Positions 24,023 to 36,755 of a DNA stretch of 64,000 bases are shown piece by piece. This stretch comes from Antedon mediterranea (lineage: Eukaryota > Animalia > Echinodermata). The notes beneath the pieces are model-generated. The model was given only the letters and a program-made list of their open reading frames with translations, was not told where the DNA came from and made no database searches. The stretch covers positions 18,803,365-18,867,364 of the forward strand of contig NC_092678.1 in assembly GCF_964355755.1 (NCBI RefSeq). Direction: 5' to 3'. Positions within the stretch are counted from its first letter, which is position 1. Every line of letters begins with the position of its first letter. Made by a program: the position numbers and the translations under genes.

Positions 24023-27000
24023 CTAAACTCTTGACAAAGCGTCAGCTACAACATTGTCTTTTCCTCTGATATGATGAATTTCCAGATTCATTTCTTGAAC
24101 TGCTAAACTCCATCTCAACAAGCGTTGATTCTTGTCTTTCATTCTTGCCAAGAACGTTAATGGGTTGTGGTCAGTCCAAACTACAATTGGAAACGGAGTA
24201 GATCCAAAATACACTTCAAAGTGCTTTAACGCTGACATCAAAGCTAATGTCTCCTTCTCAACAGTAGAATAACGCTTCTCATGCTGGTTGAATTTTCTCG
24301 AATAGAAACATACAGGCTTGTCAACACCATTCTCGTCTGTTTGCGCCAACACAGCACCAGAACCAACATCACTGGCATCAATCATTAACGAGAAATGTTT
24401 ATCAAATTGTGGAGCCATCAACACCGGTTCCTTTGATAACATCGCTTTAACTTTAATGAACGCATCATTGCATTCCTCCAACCACACAAAGCTCGCATAA
24501 TTTTTCAGCAGATTCGTTAATGGAGCTACAAGCGTTGAGAGAAACTTCTGCAAAAACGTCGATAACACCCAGCCATTCCCAGGAACCGCATTAACTCCTG
24601 CTTACTCTTTCGAACTGGGAAATCACAGACTGCCTTAATCTTAGCACTTAATGGTTTCACTTTTCCGCAACCAACTTTATGACCTAAGAACACAATTTCT
24701 GCACAGGAAAACTCACTTTTCACCAAATTTACTGTCAACTTTGCAGCTGTCAACCTATCAAACAATGCCTTAATTCTCTGCACATGAACATCCCATGTAT
24801 CACTATAAATAACCAAATCGTCTATATAAGCTTCACAGCCCTCCAACCCTGAAATTATACCATTAACCAATCTCTTGAACGTGGCTGGTGCATTCTTTAA
24901 ACCGAAAGGCATGACTTTATACTGATAAAGACCCATGGGAGTTACAAAAGCTGACACTTCTTTCGCTCGCTCGGTTAAAGGAATTTGCCAGTAACCCTTT
25001 AGAAGATCAAATTTACTGACAAACTTAGCACTACCCACACGATCAATACAGTCATCTATCCTCGGTATGGGATATTAATCTGTAGTAGATTTGGCATTAA
25101 CCTTCCGATAATCAGTACAAAAAACGATACGTTTTATCTGGCTTCGGAACTAATATACATGGAGAACTCCAAGCACTGCAACTAGGCTCGATTATATCAT
25201 TCTTAATCATGTAATCAATCTCATTTTGTAATATCTTCATCTTGAACGGATTTGCTCTATATGGATTTTGTTTTATTGGTGAAAAATCAGCTGTCTTAAC
25301 GTCATGCTCCACTAAGTTCGTTCGACCTGGAACATCTGAAAACAACTGCAGATTTCCAAATATCAAACTAACAATTTCAACCTTACGATCACGAGATAAA
25401 TGACCAACTTTCTCTTCAATGTTTGCAAGGACATCTGAATTACTGAACTTAACACATGTATCAGGATCCCCAAACTCTTCAGAATTCTGTTCAACAACAC
25501 ACGTAACTGGTGTTGATGTACAGGTATCACTATTATTTCTCGCTGTGTATGGTTTCAATATGTTTATATGACACAGTCGCTTCTTTTTACGCCTATCTGG
25601 AGTATCTAACACATAGTCAACTTCTCCTACTCTTTCTAATACTTTGTAAGGACCAGCAAATCTTGCAGATAATGGTTGACTGGGAAGAGGCAACATAACT
25701 AACACTTCATCACCTGAATTAAAGCTTTTCTTTTCTGATTTCCTATCAAACAATCTCTTCATTTTACCCTGAGCCTTCACAAGATTCATTCTAGCCATCT
25801 CACGAGAACGATTTAATCGATCACGAAATTCAGACACATAATCTAGTATCGATACAGACTCTTCTGCATTCCCTAACAGCCTTTCTTTGACTATTTTAAG
25901 AGGGCCTCCTCGGACCGAATGACCATACACCAACTCAAATGGGCTAAACCCTAAGGACTCTTGCACTGTTTCACGAACAGCGAAAAACAATCAGGGAACT
26001 CCCTCATCTCATTCCTTTTCACATTGAAAACAATAGGTTTTAAGCATATTCTTAAGTGTTTGATGAAATCTCTCAAGTGCCCCTTGAGACTGTGGATGGT
26101 AAGCACTTGAACTTATATGGGCAACACCTAACTGCTCTAAGACTTGTTTAACTATCTTTGACATGAAGTTTGATCCTTAATCGGACTGAACAGCTTTAGG
26201 CAATCCTACCCATGTAAAGAATTTTACCAATGCTTTAACAACATTCTTAGCTGTAATACGCCTAAGAGGAATCGCTTCTGGAAACCTACTTGATGCACAC
26301 ATTATTGTTAATAGATACTCATTTCCATTTTTAGTACGTGGTAATGGACCCACACAATCAACAATAACCCTTGAAAATGGTTCAACGAATGCAGGAATAG
26401 GCTTAAGTGGGGCTACTGGAACCTTTTGATTAGGCTTCCCCACTACCTGACACGCATGACAAGATTTACAATAGTTAGACACATCTTTTCTAAGACCTGG
26501 CCAAAAGAAATGCCTGAAAATTTTGTCTACCGTTTTATTGACACCTAAATGACCTGAAAGAAGATAATCATGCGCAATACCAATAATATCCTGACGGTAT
26601 CCGTTAGGAATAACTATCTGGTGAATCTCATTCCAAACATCACTACTTGGAATATCTGGTGGCCTCCACTTAAGCATAAGTATGCCATCCTTTATATAAT
26701 AACAAACAGGAACAATAGACATTTCCTCTACAGAAAGAGCTTGCTGACCAAATGACACCAAATCAGGATCATTACTCTGCTCTTCCACTAACCTAGACCG
26801 ATTGAGAACTGTCGGACCGAAATCACACACTTTTGGGTGCTGTTGTTCAGCCTGGGCAGTGTGTGACTCGGGACCTGAGCAGACAGCCTCTTGGGAAACG
26901 CGATCCGTAATGTCTCCGTAAAAACTATCACATAAGTCAATACTCTCATCCTCATCTATGGTTTTATTTGCCATAGATCGCGTCACCGCACATGATGGAA

Positions 27001-28573
27001 ACACATGTGATAATTCTTTCTCTAAACACACCGTGCTTTCATCTTCAACAGGACTCTTGCACACAACCGGTTCTACTGTCACTCTGTCTCCGGCCAAATC
27101 ATTCCCCAAAAGGAGTGTGACACCCCATACTGGAAGACTAGGAACGACACCGACAACAAAATCTCCGCTAACAATATCTGTTTCAATCCGAATTACATGA
27201 AGTGGGACTTCCTTATAACCCCCTTCAACACCTTGAATGAGCACACTTGCTCCAGCAGAAGACTCGTTTGAAAATGACAATGCTGATTCTAATATCAGGG
27301 ATTGTGACGCCCCTGTGACACGAACTTTACTCAGATTCACATCATTGATCAATGCTACAGAACCAGTAGAGAGGAAAGGCTTAAATAGCTTTCGCACTTT
27401 TTCTGGACCTGAAGATTGGATCAACTTCTCACTTTCATCAACGTCATGACTCACTGTCACTTTCAACGGGACTGTATTAACCAACGTGTTTGGGAGTGAT
27501 TGGGGTTTCTTATTATCCCCTTTAGCTTTGCTTTGAAACAGCCAGCAATCTGCCTTTATATGACCCTTTTTCTTGCAGTAAAAACAAGTTCTTACAAATT
27601 TACTACTACTATTAACTGTAGTTTTCTGACTTTTGACCTTAGAATCATCAACAAATTTTGAAACCAATTTGGTATCCACAACCTTGTGCGTGAGCACATA
27701 ATTATCGGCAACAGAAGCCGCTTTCATTAAATTATCAACTTTCTGCTCCTCTAGATGTGTACGAACTTCAGTAGGGGAACAAGATTTAAACTCCTCAACT
27801 AACATAAGCTCACAAAGCTTTCTAAATTCACCGTTTACTCCTTCCGAACTAAACCATCTATCAAACAGAATCTGCTTCTTACGTGCAAATTCTGTAAAAG
27901 TTTGATCATAAGGTTTACCTAAGTTCCTAAATTTCTGACGACACGCCTCTGGAACTAACTCATAAGCTGACAAAACAGCAGTTTTAACCGCATCATAGCT
28001 TTCACATTGATCATCAGCCAATGCAGAAAATACCTCTTGGGCTTTACCCACAAGAGCAGTTTGTAACAACACAGTCCAGTATCTAGCAGGCCACTTTAAT
28101 CTATTAGCAATTTTCTCAAAAGCTAAAAAATATGTCTCTACCTCGTCCTCATTAAACTTGGGAACCCATTTAATATTCTGAGTAATCTCTGAATCATTAG
28201 GTGTAGAAACCCGTGTGGTGTGACCCATTTGGTTAGCTAATTCTAATTTCCTTAACTCAAACTCATGTATTTCCTTTTGAGTTTGCATCTCTATTTTTCT
28301 TCTTTCAAAAATCAATTGTTCACGTTCCAACTCAATTCTAGCCAACTCAATTCTAGCCAACTCGACCTCATTCCCCGCAGTTTTTACGGATTCATGAGTA
28401 ATTAAACCAACATGATTTCCAATCACATTTATCAAGTCATATTTATTCATGGAATCATTTATAGATGCTCCAACCCTAGTACCTAGGAGTCGCAAACGCT
28501 CCTCTGATAGCTGAGGTACCACCTCAATGGACATGCTATCCAAAAATTCCTCGTCAAAATCACTTTCTGACAT
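24023..28573 (-). pseudogene. Gypsy gag-pol polyprotein broken by stops and frameshifts: SCAN-like capsid, CCHC knuckle, damaged protease, integrase (HHCC, rve, GPY), RT (YIDD), RNase H
   Basis: ORFs 26177-28624 (CFYCKKKGHIKADC; GHLG...CHAC; VDCVGPLP), 25112-25990 (FAGPYKV; WSSPCILVPK), 24526-25038 (DLLKGYWQ, YIDD) and 24023-24568 (DASD, TDHNPL, NVVADALSR). Confidence 0.92.
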
Positions 28574-28907
28574 AGTTTCTATTTGAAACAAACAAACAAA
28601 AACACCGGTTAAAATAATAACCAATATGACGATAATTAAGGCACCAGTAATAAATTACCTGCCAAGCCCACACAGTATTAAACCTACCGTGCGCCGTGGT
28701 CTCAATAACTAGACCCCTAAAATCAAAGCCAAACCGACTTCTAGTATCACAGGCAAGCCTACACAAGCCTAAAACAACAACACAGTGTACTGGCTTGACG
28801 ACCGCCAAACCTCGTTCGTTATAAAACGCCTCTAAACCTAAAACCAGCTTAGAATAAGTAACTAAAATTACCATCAGTTTGATCTACAACTACAATTCCG
28901 TACTTTG

Positions 28908-28934
28908 TTCTCGGGTGACCCCCCCCCCCCCCCA
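28908..28934 (-). other. Primer-binding site, probably tRNA-Pro-type, with an expanded G run
   Basis: The minus strand reads TG(n)TCACCCGAGA directly inside the 5' LTR, resembling TGGGGGCTCGTCCGGGA. Confidence 0.5.
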
Positions 28935-28936
28935 AT

Positions 28937-28974
28937 TGTTACGGGCTCGCTCGTTAGGCTGAAACCAACAATAA
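28937..28974 (-). repeat. 5' LTR piece 1 (other pieces 31577-31615 and 34460-34513)
   Basis: TGTTACGGGCTCGCTCGTTAGGCTGAAACCAACAATAA matches 23623 onward. Confidence 0.9.
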
Positions 28975-31576
28975 ATATTAACAAATGCCATTTTATGCTT
29001 TTTGGTTTTCGACACCAAGATTTGATTAACGACACTCATAATGTTTACCTTGCTGCCCACAAAATTCCTCTTGTTAAGCATACTAAATTTCTTGGAGTAG
29101 AAATAGACGAACAACTAAACTTCAAACATCACATTAAAGAAATCGAAACTAAAATTTCGAAAAATATTGGAATTTTATATCGTCTTTCATTTTACTTGCC
29201 CAACGAAGTCCTTTGCATGATTTATTGTTCACTTGTTTTACCTTTTATTTCTTACTGTAATATTGTCTGGGCAAACAACTATGTTTCAAACCTCAACAAA
29301 AGTTTTATTCTCCAAAAAAAAGCTATTCGCCTCATCTCTGGTGCGTCACGCCTAGATCACACTAGTGAGCTTTTCTCTGACATTAAATTATTAACTGTCC
29401 AAAACATCAATATCCTCCAACAATGCACCTTTGTCTATGAACATGTCAACTGTCTACTTCCAACCAAACTTTCTTGCAACTTTATAGAAAATAATAGCAT
29501 TCATACCCATAAAACTAGATCCTCATGTAATCTCCACCCTCCCCTTACCAAATTAACATTAATGCAACATAATATCCGTTATAGTGGCACCAAATTATTT
29601 AATGATCTCCCCGACGAAATTAAATTGGCACCTTCAAAAAATGCATTTTCTTTTAAACTAAAACAAATTCTACTCCATAAATAACTAATAATAATAAAAC
29701 AACATGTTTATTCTGGGTTTTCTGTGCTACCATAGTATTTTATTATTATTAATTTGTCGTTGTCTTGCTTTACCTGTTTTTTTATCTTGTTTTGTTTCTG
29801 TTTGTTTAAATTCCAATATGATTACAATTTCTTAACTGGCTACCCGTCACAAGTTTTTTTGGAGGGAAACCTCCAAATGTTATTACTTTCTGGGTGTTGC
29901 CTCTTAATTATTAGGTGATCATTTAGAATAATTGTATTAAATCTTTATTATTCTTCTTCTTCTTCTTCTTCTTCAGTCTTCTTCTTCTTTCTGTGCACTT
30001 TTTGTTTAACAAATATCTCAAAAAGTTAAATGTCAATGATTACCAAAATTTCACAATGTCTTTTAAATACTTTAACTTAGCCATAATAAGCTTTTCAGCG
30101 TGATCACTTATCCGTGCCGTCACGTATACGCCATTTTGTGAAATCACATTATCAATCATATGTCCATAATTCATTATCACATATTTATGAAATTCACTAC
30201 ACGTAAATTTCAGGTCAAGGTAAAAAATATTAGCAAATAAAAACCTGCGCGTTTCAAGGTGAAATCGCGCGTTTAAAATTTAAAAAGGTCAAAATTAGGT
30301 TTTGATCAATTTAGAGCATGAATTAGGCCATTTGCGTGTTTCAAAAAATTACTGCGCGCTGTTTTATTATGTTTTTTATTACCGCGCTGTACTTAAAAAG
30401 CGTAAAAAATACGAATTTGTTTGTACAAATTGCATTCTACTCACCATCCTTAGTACATTCACCAAATTTTAGTCCGTTTCGACTTAAAATAACGCTATAC
30501 GAGCAGGTTAAACATGACAAAATGCGCACATTAATTGCATAAAAGTGCTGAAAATGTTGAAAAAAATGTCTTTTTTTAAATGAAAATAACTCTTCAGAAT
30601 GCACGATGACCCCTAAGTTTTTTAACTTATTCGGGAAGCCATTGAGTTGTAGATATAAATGTATATACACATTAGACGTACAAAATGGTATTACGTCATC
30701 AAATGGCCACTTGAATTTAAAAATTAGGATTTTTTTCCGTTTTGTGTAGGTTATCACATTCAATAGAGCGCATCTCCGCTATTTGAGCCCGTGTTTTGCA
30801 CAAATTTCAGTGTGTGCTTGCTTAATTATTTATCTTTCTCATAAGTTGTCAGTGTTTTCATTTTTATGACGTCATCACACGTAAAAACTTGAATAACGTA
30901 GGTCGTGTAATTTCACCTTCGCTGTAAATTTGAATATCTTACAGCTCTTTAGAATTGAAGGTTACCTTGATGATTGTAATTCATTATGAAAGCTGATGAA
31001 ATTTAGATATGAATTCATATAAAAACCAAGCCTATTGGATGTTGTGACGTTAACATATGGCCAGATGAAGTTAAAAAGTAGTTTTTCCATCTTTTTCGTC
31101 AAAGTTATACAAATTTCAAAGAGTGCGTACAGCGCTTCTACGTGCCAGATTCTCTTCCAATTCTTATATTTATTTGCTCAATTCATTATCTTTCGAAATT
31201 GTCATCTTTGAGTTTATTTTGATAATTCCATCATACCAAAAAAATAGAACATGATGTGTGTCCCATAATTTCACCTATGCTACACTGTATATAGATATAC
31301 AGTATATACTGTACATATTGTATATGACACATAATAGGTACAACTCAGCACTATAAGTGTATATGCATCATGTCATAGGATGGCGTACATCTTTTTACGA
31401 TCGTATGTTAACGTACATGCATGTTTAAAAAATGTTAATTTCATTAAAATGATAAAAATGATCACCTATAATTCGTCAAAGTGACGAATTAAATTCTAGT
31501 TTATATTTAAATTGTTATTTTGTTTACTTTGAAATGATAAGAAATAAATGTTATTATGAATGAATGAATGAATGAA
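28975..31576 (+). mobile_element. 5'-truncated LINE (L2/CR1 group) inserted in the LTR: ORF2 C-terminus to 29684, 3' UTR and (TGAA)n tail
   Basis: KFLGVEIDEQLNFKHHI...ISKNIGIL...YCNIVW...ILQKKAIRLI. The tail AATAAA...(TGAA)n at ~31543-31576 rejoins LTR sequence. AATAA is shared at both junctions. Confidence 0.85.
29945..31501 (-). mobile_element. Helentron-like non-autonomous element nested in the LINE 3' UTR
   Basis: Minus-strand start AAACTAGAATTTAATTCGTCACTTTGACGAATT (hairpin) closely resembles 59591-59625. (GAA)n at the other end, CGCGC-rich interior. Confidence 0.6.
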
Positions 31577-31615
31577 TAAGAACAAAACACGTTGTAGTTG
31601 TCCATCTTTATTCAT

Positions 31616-34459
31616 TTAGGTATATTTATTCATAAAAAGACATCAAAATACAACGGCAGCCAAAAGGCTGAAAAGTAGTATTTTACAAAATTTGATAAAA
31701 ATATATAAATACATTATGTATAAAAGGTAAAACTAGTTTAAAAAAAAAAAATAATAATAATTTACCACATTAAAATTGGTCCACCTGTAAGTTAAAATAG
31801 TGCCAGCCTATTCAATATTCATCATTAATGAGTCGGACTAAAAAAGGGACTGGTGAAGATCTAAATCTTTCTGTACGACCAAACGGGATTTTGAGTAGAG
31901 GCTTACTCGCAGACCTCAGGGTTCTGCTAATGTCACGAACAGGTGGAAGAATGCTTCTAAATGTATCGGACTTTATTATTCCTTTACCAAATTTCAGTAA
32001 GAGTTGGACTCTTTTGTTAACTAGCGATGGAAGGTCTGACAATTTAAGAGCAGACTCGTAGGATACATAGTTCATGCCATAAATGATTCGTAGAGCTCTT
32101 TTTTGAACTCTTTCTATTGACTTAGTTTGGTCTTTCGTAATTGAACTGTGCCACACAGGGCATGCATATTCAACTAAAGGACGTATATAGCAAGTATATA
32201 CTTGTAGTAAATCTTTAGAAGGCGCCTTGGCTTTCTTAAGTATAATCAAAGTGTACAAACGTCGACATGAATATGCATCTCCCATTTAAGGTTATCCTGC
32301 AAGGTGACACCAAGCAGTTTAATGTGATTTACACATTTAAGATCATGGCCATTTAGATTGAAACTGGGAGGAGGACAGTCGGACTTTAGGAAGGCTTGGG
32401 GAGGACTCTATTTATCAAACACCAATCATCAAGTTGATTTAAAGTGTCCTGCAACAATTGGCTATCACTACTTCTAACTACTTCACTAAGAGTGAGGTCG
32501 TCCACATATTTCCACCGCCTGTCAGTTCCCTCAGCAACATCATTGACTAATACCAAAAAGAGAAGGGGACCCAACTTCGTGCCCTGGGGCACCCCACAAG
32601 TAATATTAGAATTTGAAGAGGTGGCTCCCTTAACTTTGGTATTGCATGTGCGATTTAAGAGGAAACTACAAACGGTAGGAAGAATGGACGGCCTCACTCC
32701 TATGGATATTAATTTATTTATGACAACATTATGATCCACACGATCGAAAGCCTTCGTAAAGTCAACAGCACATAAGTTTAAATATTTGCTACCCCCCTCC
32801 AGGTCAGATACAACAGAATTTATCAAGTCTACGAGGTAGTGTGAAGTTGACGAGCCTCTACGACAACCAAATTGCTTACTATCTAAAGAATCTTTTATAT
32901 CATTAGTTACCCACTCCGCTAAAAAGCTTTCAAATATCCGAGAAAAAATGGGTGTTAGGGATATAGGCCGAAGGTCATTACAATTATTAGCATCTGGAAC
33001 CTTAGGAACTGGTATTATAGTAGCCTTTTTCCATTGTTCAGGAAAATTACCTTCATTTAAAGAAGAATTAAAAATGTCCGCTAATGGATAAGAGAGTTCA
33101 AATGAGTATTCCTTAATTAATCTGATCGGTAGATCTTCTGGGTGTCCTGCTTTTTGTATGTTTAACTTATCGATTGCAGATTTCACTTGTCCTGGGTGGG
33201 GGTTCCGATGCTGGTAAGTAACTTGGTAGTTTTGTAATGACAAGTGCTGAAAGTTCACTACAAATCGTGGCAAAATGTTGGTTAATTACTTCAACAGCCG
33301 CTTGCGTTGATAGACCAGGGATGTTAAACGTGTCCTTTTTCTTTAGATTGCAGAGATTCACAATTCCTTTGTGCCATCTAGCAGGGCTATTGCTTTTTAG
33401 ACACTTTAATGAGGTCGCGTAAAACTTCTCCTTCGCGTGCGTAATTGCTCTTTGTATGGAGTTACGTATCCTTCGCCATTGTTGGGTATGGTTACTAGAA
33501 AAGGCCAACTGTCGTTCTACAATCAATCTCTTGATTCTCGGCGTCATCCACGGCTTATCGGTTTTCTTATGGCAAATCGATTTCACGGGGAAAAAATCTG
33601 CAAATTTCCCATTAAGCACAGTAAGAAATTCATTTGTTGATTCGCTATCAAGAACATGGCACCAGTCATGGGCAGTGATCCACGATCCAAATGATCTAAC
33701 CGACGAGTTACGATACGGTTGGATAGTACAAGTGGTGTAGTTAGAGGTAGGTATAACATGGATTGGTTTCAATAGTATACAACAATGGTCGCTACGTCCT
33801 AAGGGGGCCAACTTAGTGGCTTTACTGTATCTTTCCGGTCGATTCATGAACACTTTATCAAGTATGTTATTTTTCCTATGGGTAGGAAAATCAATCATTT
33901 GTTCCATACCTAATTCAGATTGCATATAGGTAGTGTTTAGATGGTTGAAGTCACCAAGTACTATGATATTTGCCAATCTATCCATTCCATAAATACTATC
34001 AATTACATTTCCAACATGCTCTAAAAGTTGGTTGGGGTAGTTGGCAGACGGCGGGTAGTAAATAGCTCCGATATATATAGAACGCGTTTTGCTGTTCTGT
34101 GTAGAGCGATAGCTAATTTTTGACCATAGGCATTCGAATTTGCAATCAGTATGCGTAACAATCGGATGGATTTCCAGGTGGTCCGCTGCAAAGCATGCTA
34201 CGCCACCGCCGATTTTATCAGTTCTGTTTTTAAAAACGCCTTTATAATCGCAAAAGTTAACAATACCTTGTGTTTCCTCTGTTAGCCATGTCTCAGTGAC
34301 TATCGCTACATCTACATTATGTTTCTTTAAGGTACAGTGAAATTCGTCTGCTTTATTCTTTAATGACCACGCATTCGTATACATAATTGTCGGTGCAGCT
34401 AAATCCCCTGTGATGCATGGGATCAAATTTCCAATATTACGACCTTGGGTCACCTTACC
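31616..34459 (-). mobile_element. LINE (L2/CR1 group) with near-complete ORF2 (APE endonuclease + RT), frameshifted; TTCAT TSD
   Basis: ORFs 33167-34453 (TETWL, GGGVA, GDFN, SDH), 32386-33273 (DFTKAFD, GVPQGTKLGP, YVDD) and 31812-32285. TTCAT at 31611-31615 and 34460-34464. Confidence 0.92.
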
Positions 34460-34517
34460 TTCATCCTCTCTTTTACCCTAGAGGGCTCACTTCCGTGTGA
34501 CAAACCCATCACACAAT

Positions 34518-34567
34518 CTGCAGACAGTACGGTACTGTTTCGATGTTATTAGATCTCGTCAGTGCAG
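34518..34567 (-). ncRNA. Type I hammerhead ribozyme
   Basis: Minus strand: CUGCA-CUGACGA-GAU(CUAAUAAC)AUC-GAA-ACAGUA(CCG)UACUGU-C-UGCAG. Intact core, stems I-III and a GUC cleavage triplet. Confidence 0.85.
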
Positions 34568-34899
34568 CTCAGGTTTCGAAATGAAATGTACCGCAGAACT
34601 GGCACAATATATAGGCTGAGCCAGGTATGCGGGACATGGTACACTGATTATGAACACAAAGAGTGCACAAGCTCAACGAGCGTGCTTTGCAAAATATATA
34701 TTTATGTGTGTCTTAATGCTGTTTGTGATTTAGGCTAATTTCACTACAAGCATGTGTATGCGAGTTTGGTGTAATGTTTATGTAACAAGCCTTTCAAATA
34801 ACAATAGCTTCAGTTGACTAACAATAGAACAGCAATGCGAAAATCAAACGAGTGAATTTGAATAGGGTTTTTAAACTACTCACATCAAAAAAGGTGCAC

Positions 34900-35255
34900 A
34901 TTAAATCAAATTATGTTTTAAAATTACAAACCAAAAATTATAACTCTTGCCTCTTGTATAAAAATGAAGTTTTTTGGACAAGTAGTTCTCGAGAAAATGC
35001 AATTTCAGTTTACTTGTTACTTTAAGGACTGTTCGCCGGCTTTTGAAAAATTCTGTCCTATATTTTAACACTCAGGTCTAAAAAGTATATTAAAAAGTGG
35101 TCCAGAAGTGGAATGGTCCTTGACCAGATATCTATTTGTATATTCATTTTGGTAAAGATCTTGTAATTACTTTTGGAGTAATCCTGCTAACAAACAAACA
35201 GACAAACAAACACACGCGACCGATTACATATACCTCCTCCTTGGCGGAGGTAAAT
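34900..35255 (+). mobile_element. 3' part of a Helentron/HINE-like element (start approximate; copy at ~43274-43629)
   Basis: (CAAA/CAGA)n microsatellite followed by the terminal hairpin TACCTCCTCCTTGGCGGAGGTA. Confidence 0.5.
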
Positions 35256-36574
35256 AAATAAATAGTGGCTGAATAACACACCATTATACAACACACATCA
35301 CAAGTGCCTTATGCTGTCCGAATAAAAATGGCAATACACAATAATTGCCTTGTTCCGATTATTCAATAAACAGTCGTCTCGATTCTTGTATTGGTATATG
35401 CTTTACAAATGTGTGGCAACATTTATTCAAACCTAAAACAAATTTAATCAACTTAGTTTTAAGCAAAACAATACAGTTTTTAACAAATTAAATTATACTA
35501 TGAATAGCTGGCTATTTTTCAATTTTAATAGTAGTTATTGTAGCTGTACAAAATAAACAATAATAATGATTTCACTTTCTTTCAAAAAGACAAAATAAAC
35601 AGTTATATTTAACAAAAAAAACAATTGTCTAACCAGATAATGTGGCTATTTTTAACGTACAATTGAGATAAATAACTTTTTTTAAATTAAATTTTAAAGT
35701 GAACTGTTATGCTGGTATTAAAAATGACATATTCAACAAAACATTTTAACATACATTTCCGGGAAAAACTATATTTAAGGATGAGTCTTTCACATTGTTA
35801 AAAATCACAACATAAACAAATGCAGTGGTCGTAATATGGCACTAGGAGATTTCTCTCTTTCTACGAGCATGATATATATATTTATTGTGAAATAAAGTGA
35901 CCAATTCAATTCAAATTCAATTTGAAGCTTTACACTTAAATAATACATACGCAATCACTATATAACATTACAACAGTGTAATAATATTGCTCGACAATAT
36001 TTTATCAAGTCAGTGAGTTAAGCAATAAATACCAACCTTTTAATTTATCTCAATGGTCATCTATATATGTATATGCACATGGAGAAAGTTTACTGTATTA
36101 ACAGTTATTTCATTGTTGTCGACATCTTTTTTAGCTGAAGGCTAATTGATATGGTCTACTAGCCACCAGGATAGGCCTACATCTAAAAAGAAAGATATTG
36201 AGTGTATTGTATAGCCGTCAGACCTAGCATTTGTTTATAGGAGTTGTAGACAGCCTAGCTAGGCCTAAGACATACCATTTTATAACCGTCATAATAAGTA
36301 CTGTAGTTATCCTTGGCATAGTATCCAGTAATTATAATGTAGTTGAGTTCAGCACAAAGCCAGGCTAGTTAGTTTCCTATTATATGCACAAGTGGACTAA
36401 GGATCTAGATATTATGGTAAACTAGTTAAACTCTAAGGCCGGTATTCATGAAAGGGGACTATCTTAGTCCTGGACTATCCTTAGTCCTGGACTATCTAGT
36501 CGAGGACTAAGGATAATCCTGGACTATCCTTGATATGGTATTCATGAAACCTGGACTAAATAGTCCTGGATTAA

Positions 36575-36755
36575 AGGGTCTTTCACACCTGTTCCGGCAC
36601 GGTTCCGGTCCGGCGAATCGAACATCAATGTTTCGTTTTCACGCGGCTATGCGCCAATCGATATGTGCGTAGCCGCGTGAAAACGAAACATTGGCGTTCG
36701 ATTGGATTTTCCGGCGCCGGACCGGAACCGTGCCGGAACAGGTGTGAAAGACCCT
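36575..36755. mobile_element. Foldback MITE (Tourist/Harbinger-like), TAA TSD
   Basis: 181-bp near-perfect palindrome AGGGTCTTTCACACCTG...CAGGTGTGAAAGACCCT. TAA at 36572-36574 and 36756-36758. Confidence 0.9.

Larger units (their letters stand above)
23623..34513 (-). mobile_element. Gmr1-like Ty3/Gypsy LTR retrotransposon (gag-PR-INT-RT-RH) with 4-bp CAAT TSD; 5' LTR split by two LINE insertions
   Basis: TG...CA LTRs. CAAT at 23619-23622 and 34514-34517. Polypurine-tract-like TTTAAGTGGGGGTG next to the 3' LTR. Integrase precedes RT. Confidence 0.92.

Noticed and set aside
28579-28658. Possible 80-nt intron in the Gypsy 5' leader (minus strand, CAG|GTAATT ... AATAG|AAACTATG)
   Set aside because: Splice signals are plausible but could arise by chance. 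It cannot be supported without transcripts.
28905-29684. 259-aa ORF as a standalone gene
   Set aside because: Chimeric frame: the antisense PBS poly-C and an LTR piece are fused by chance to a 5'-truncated LINE ORF2 C-terminus.
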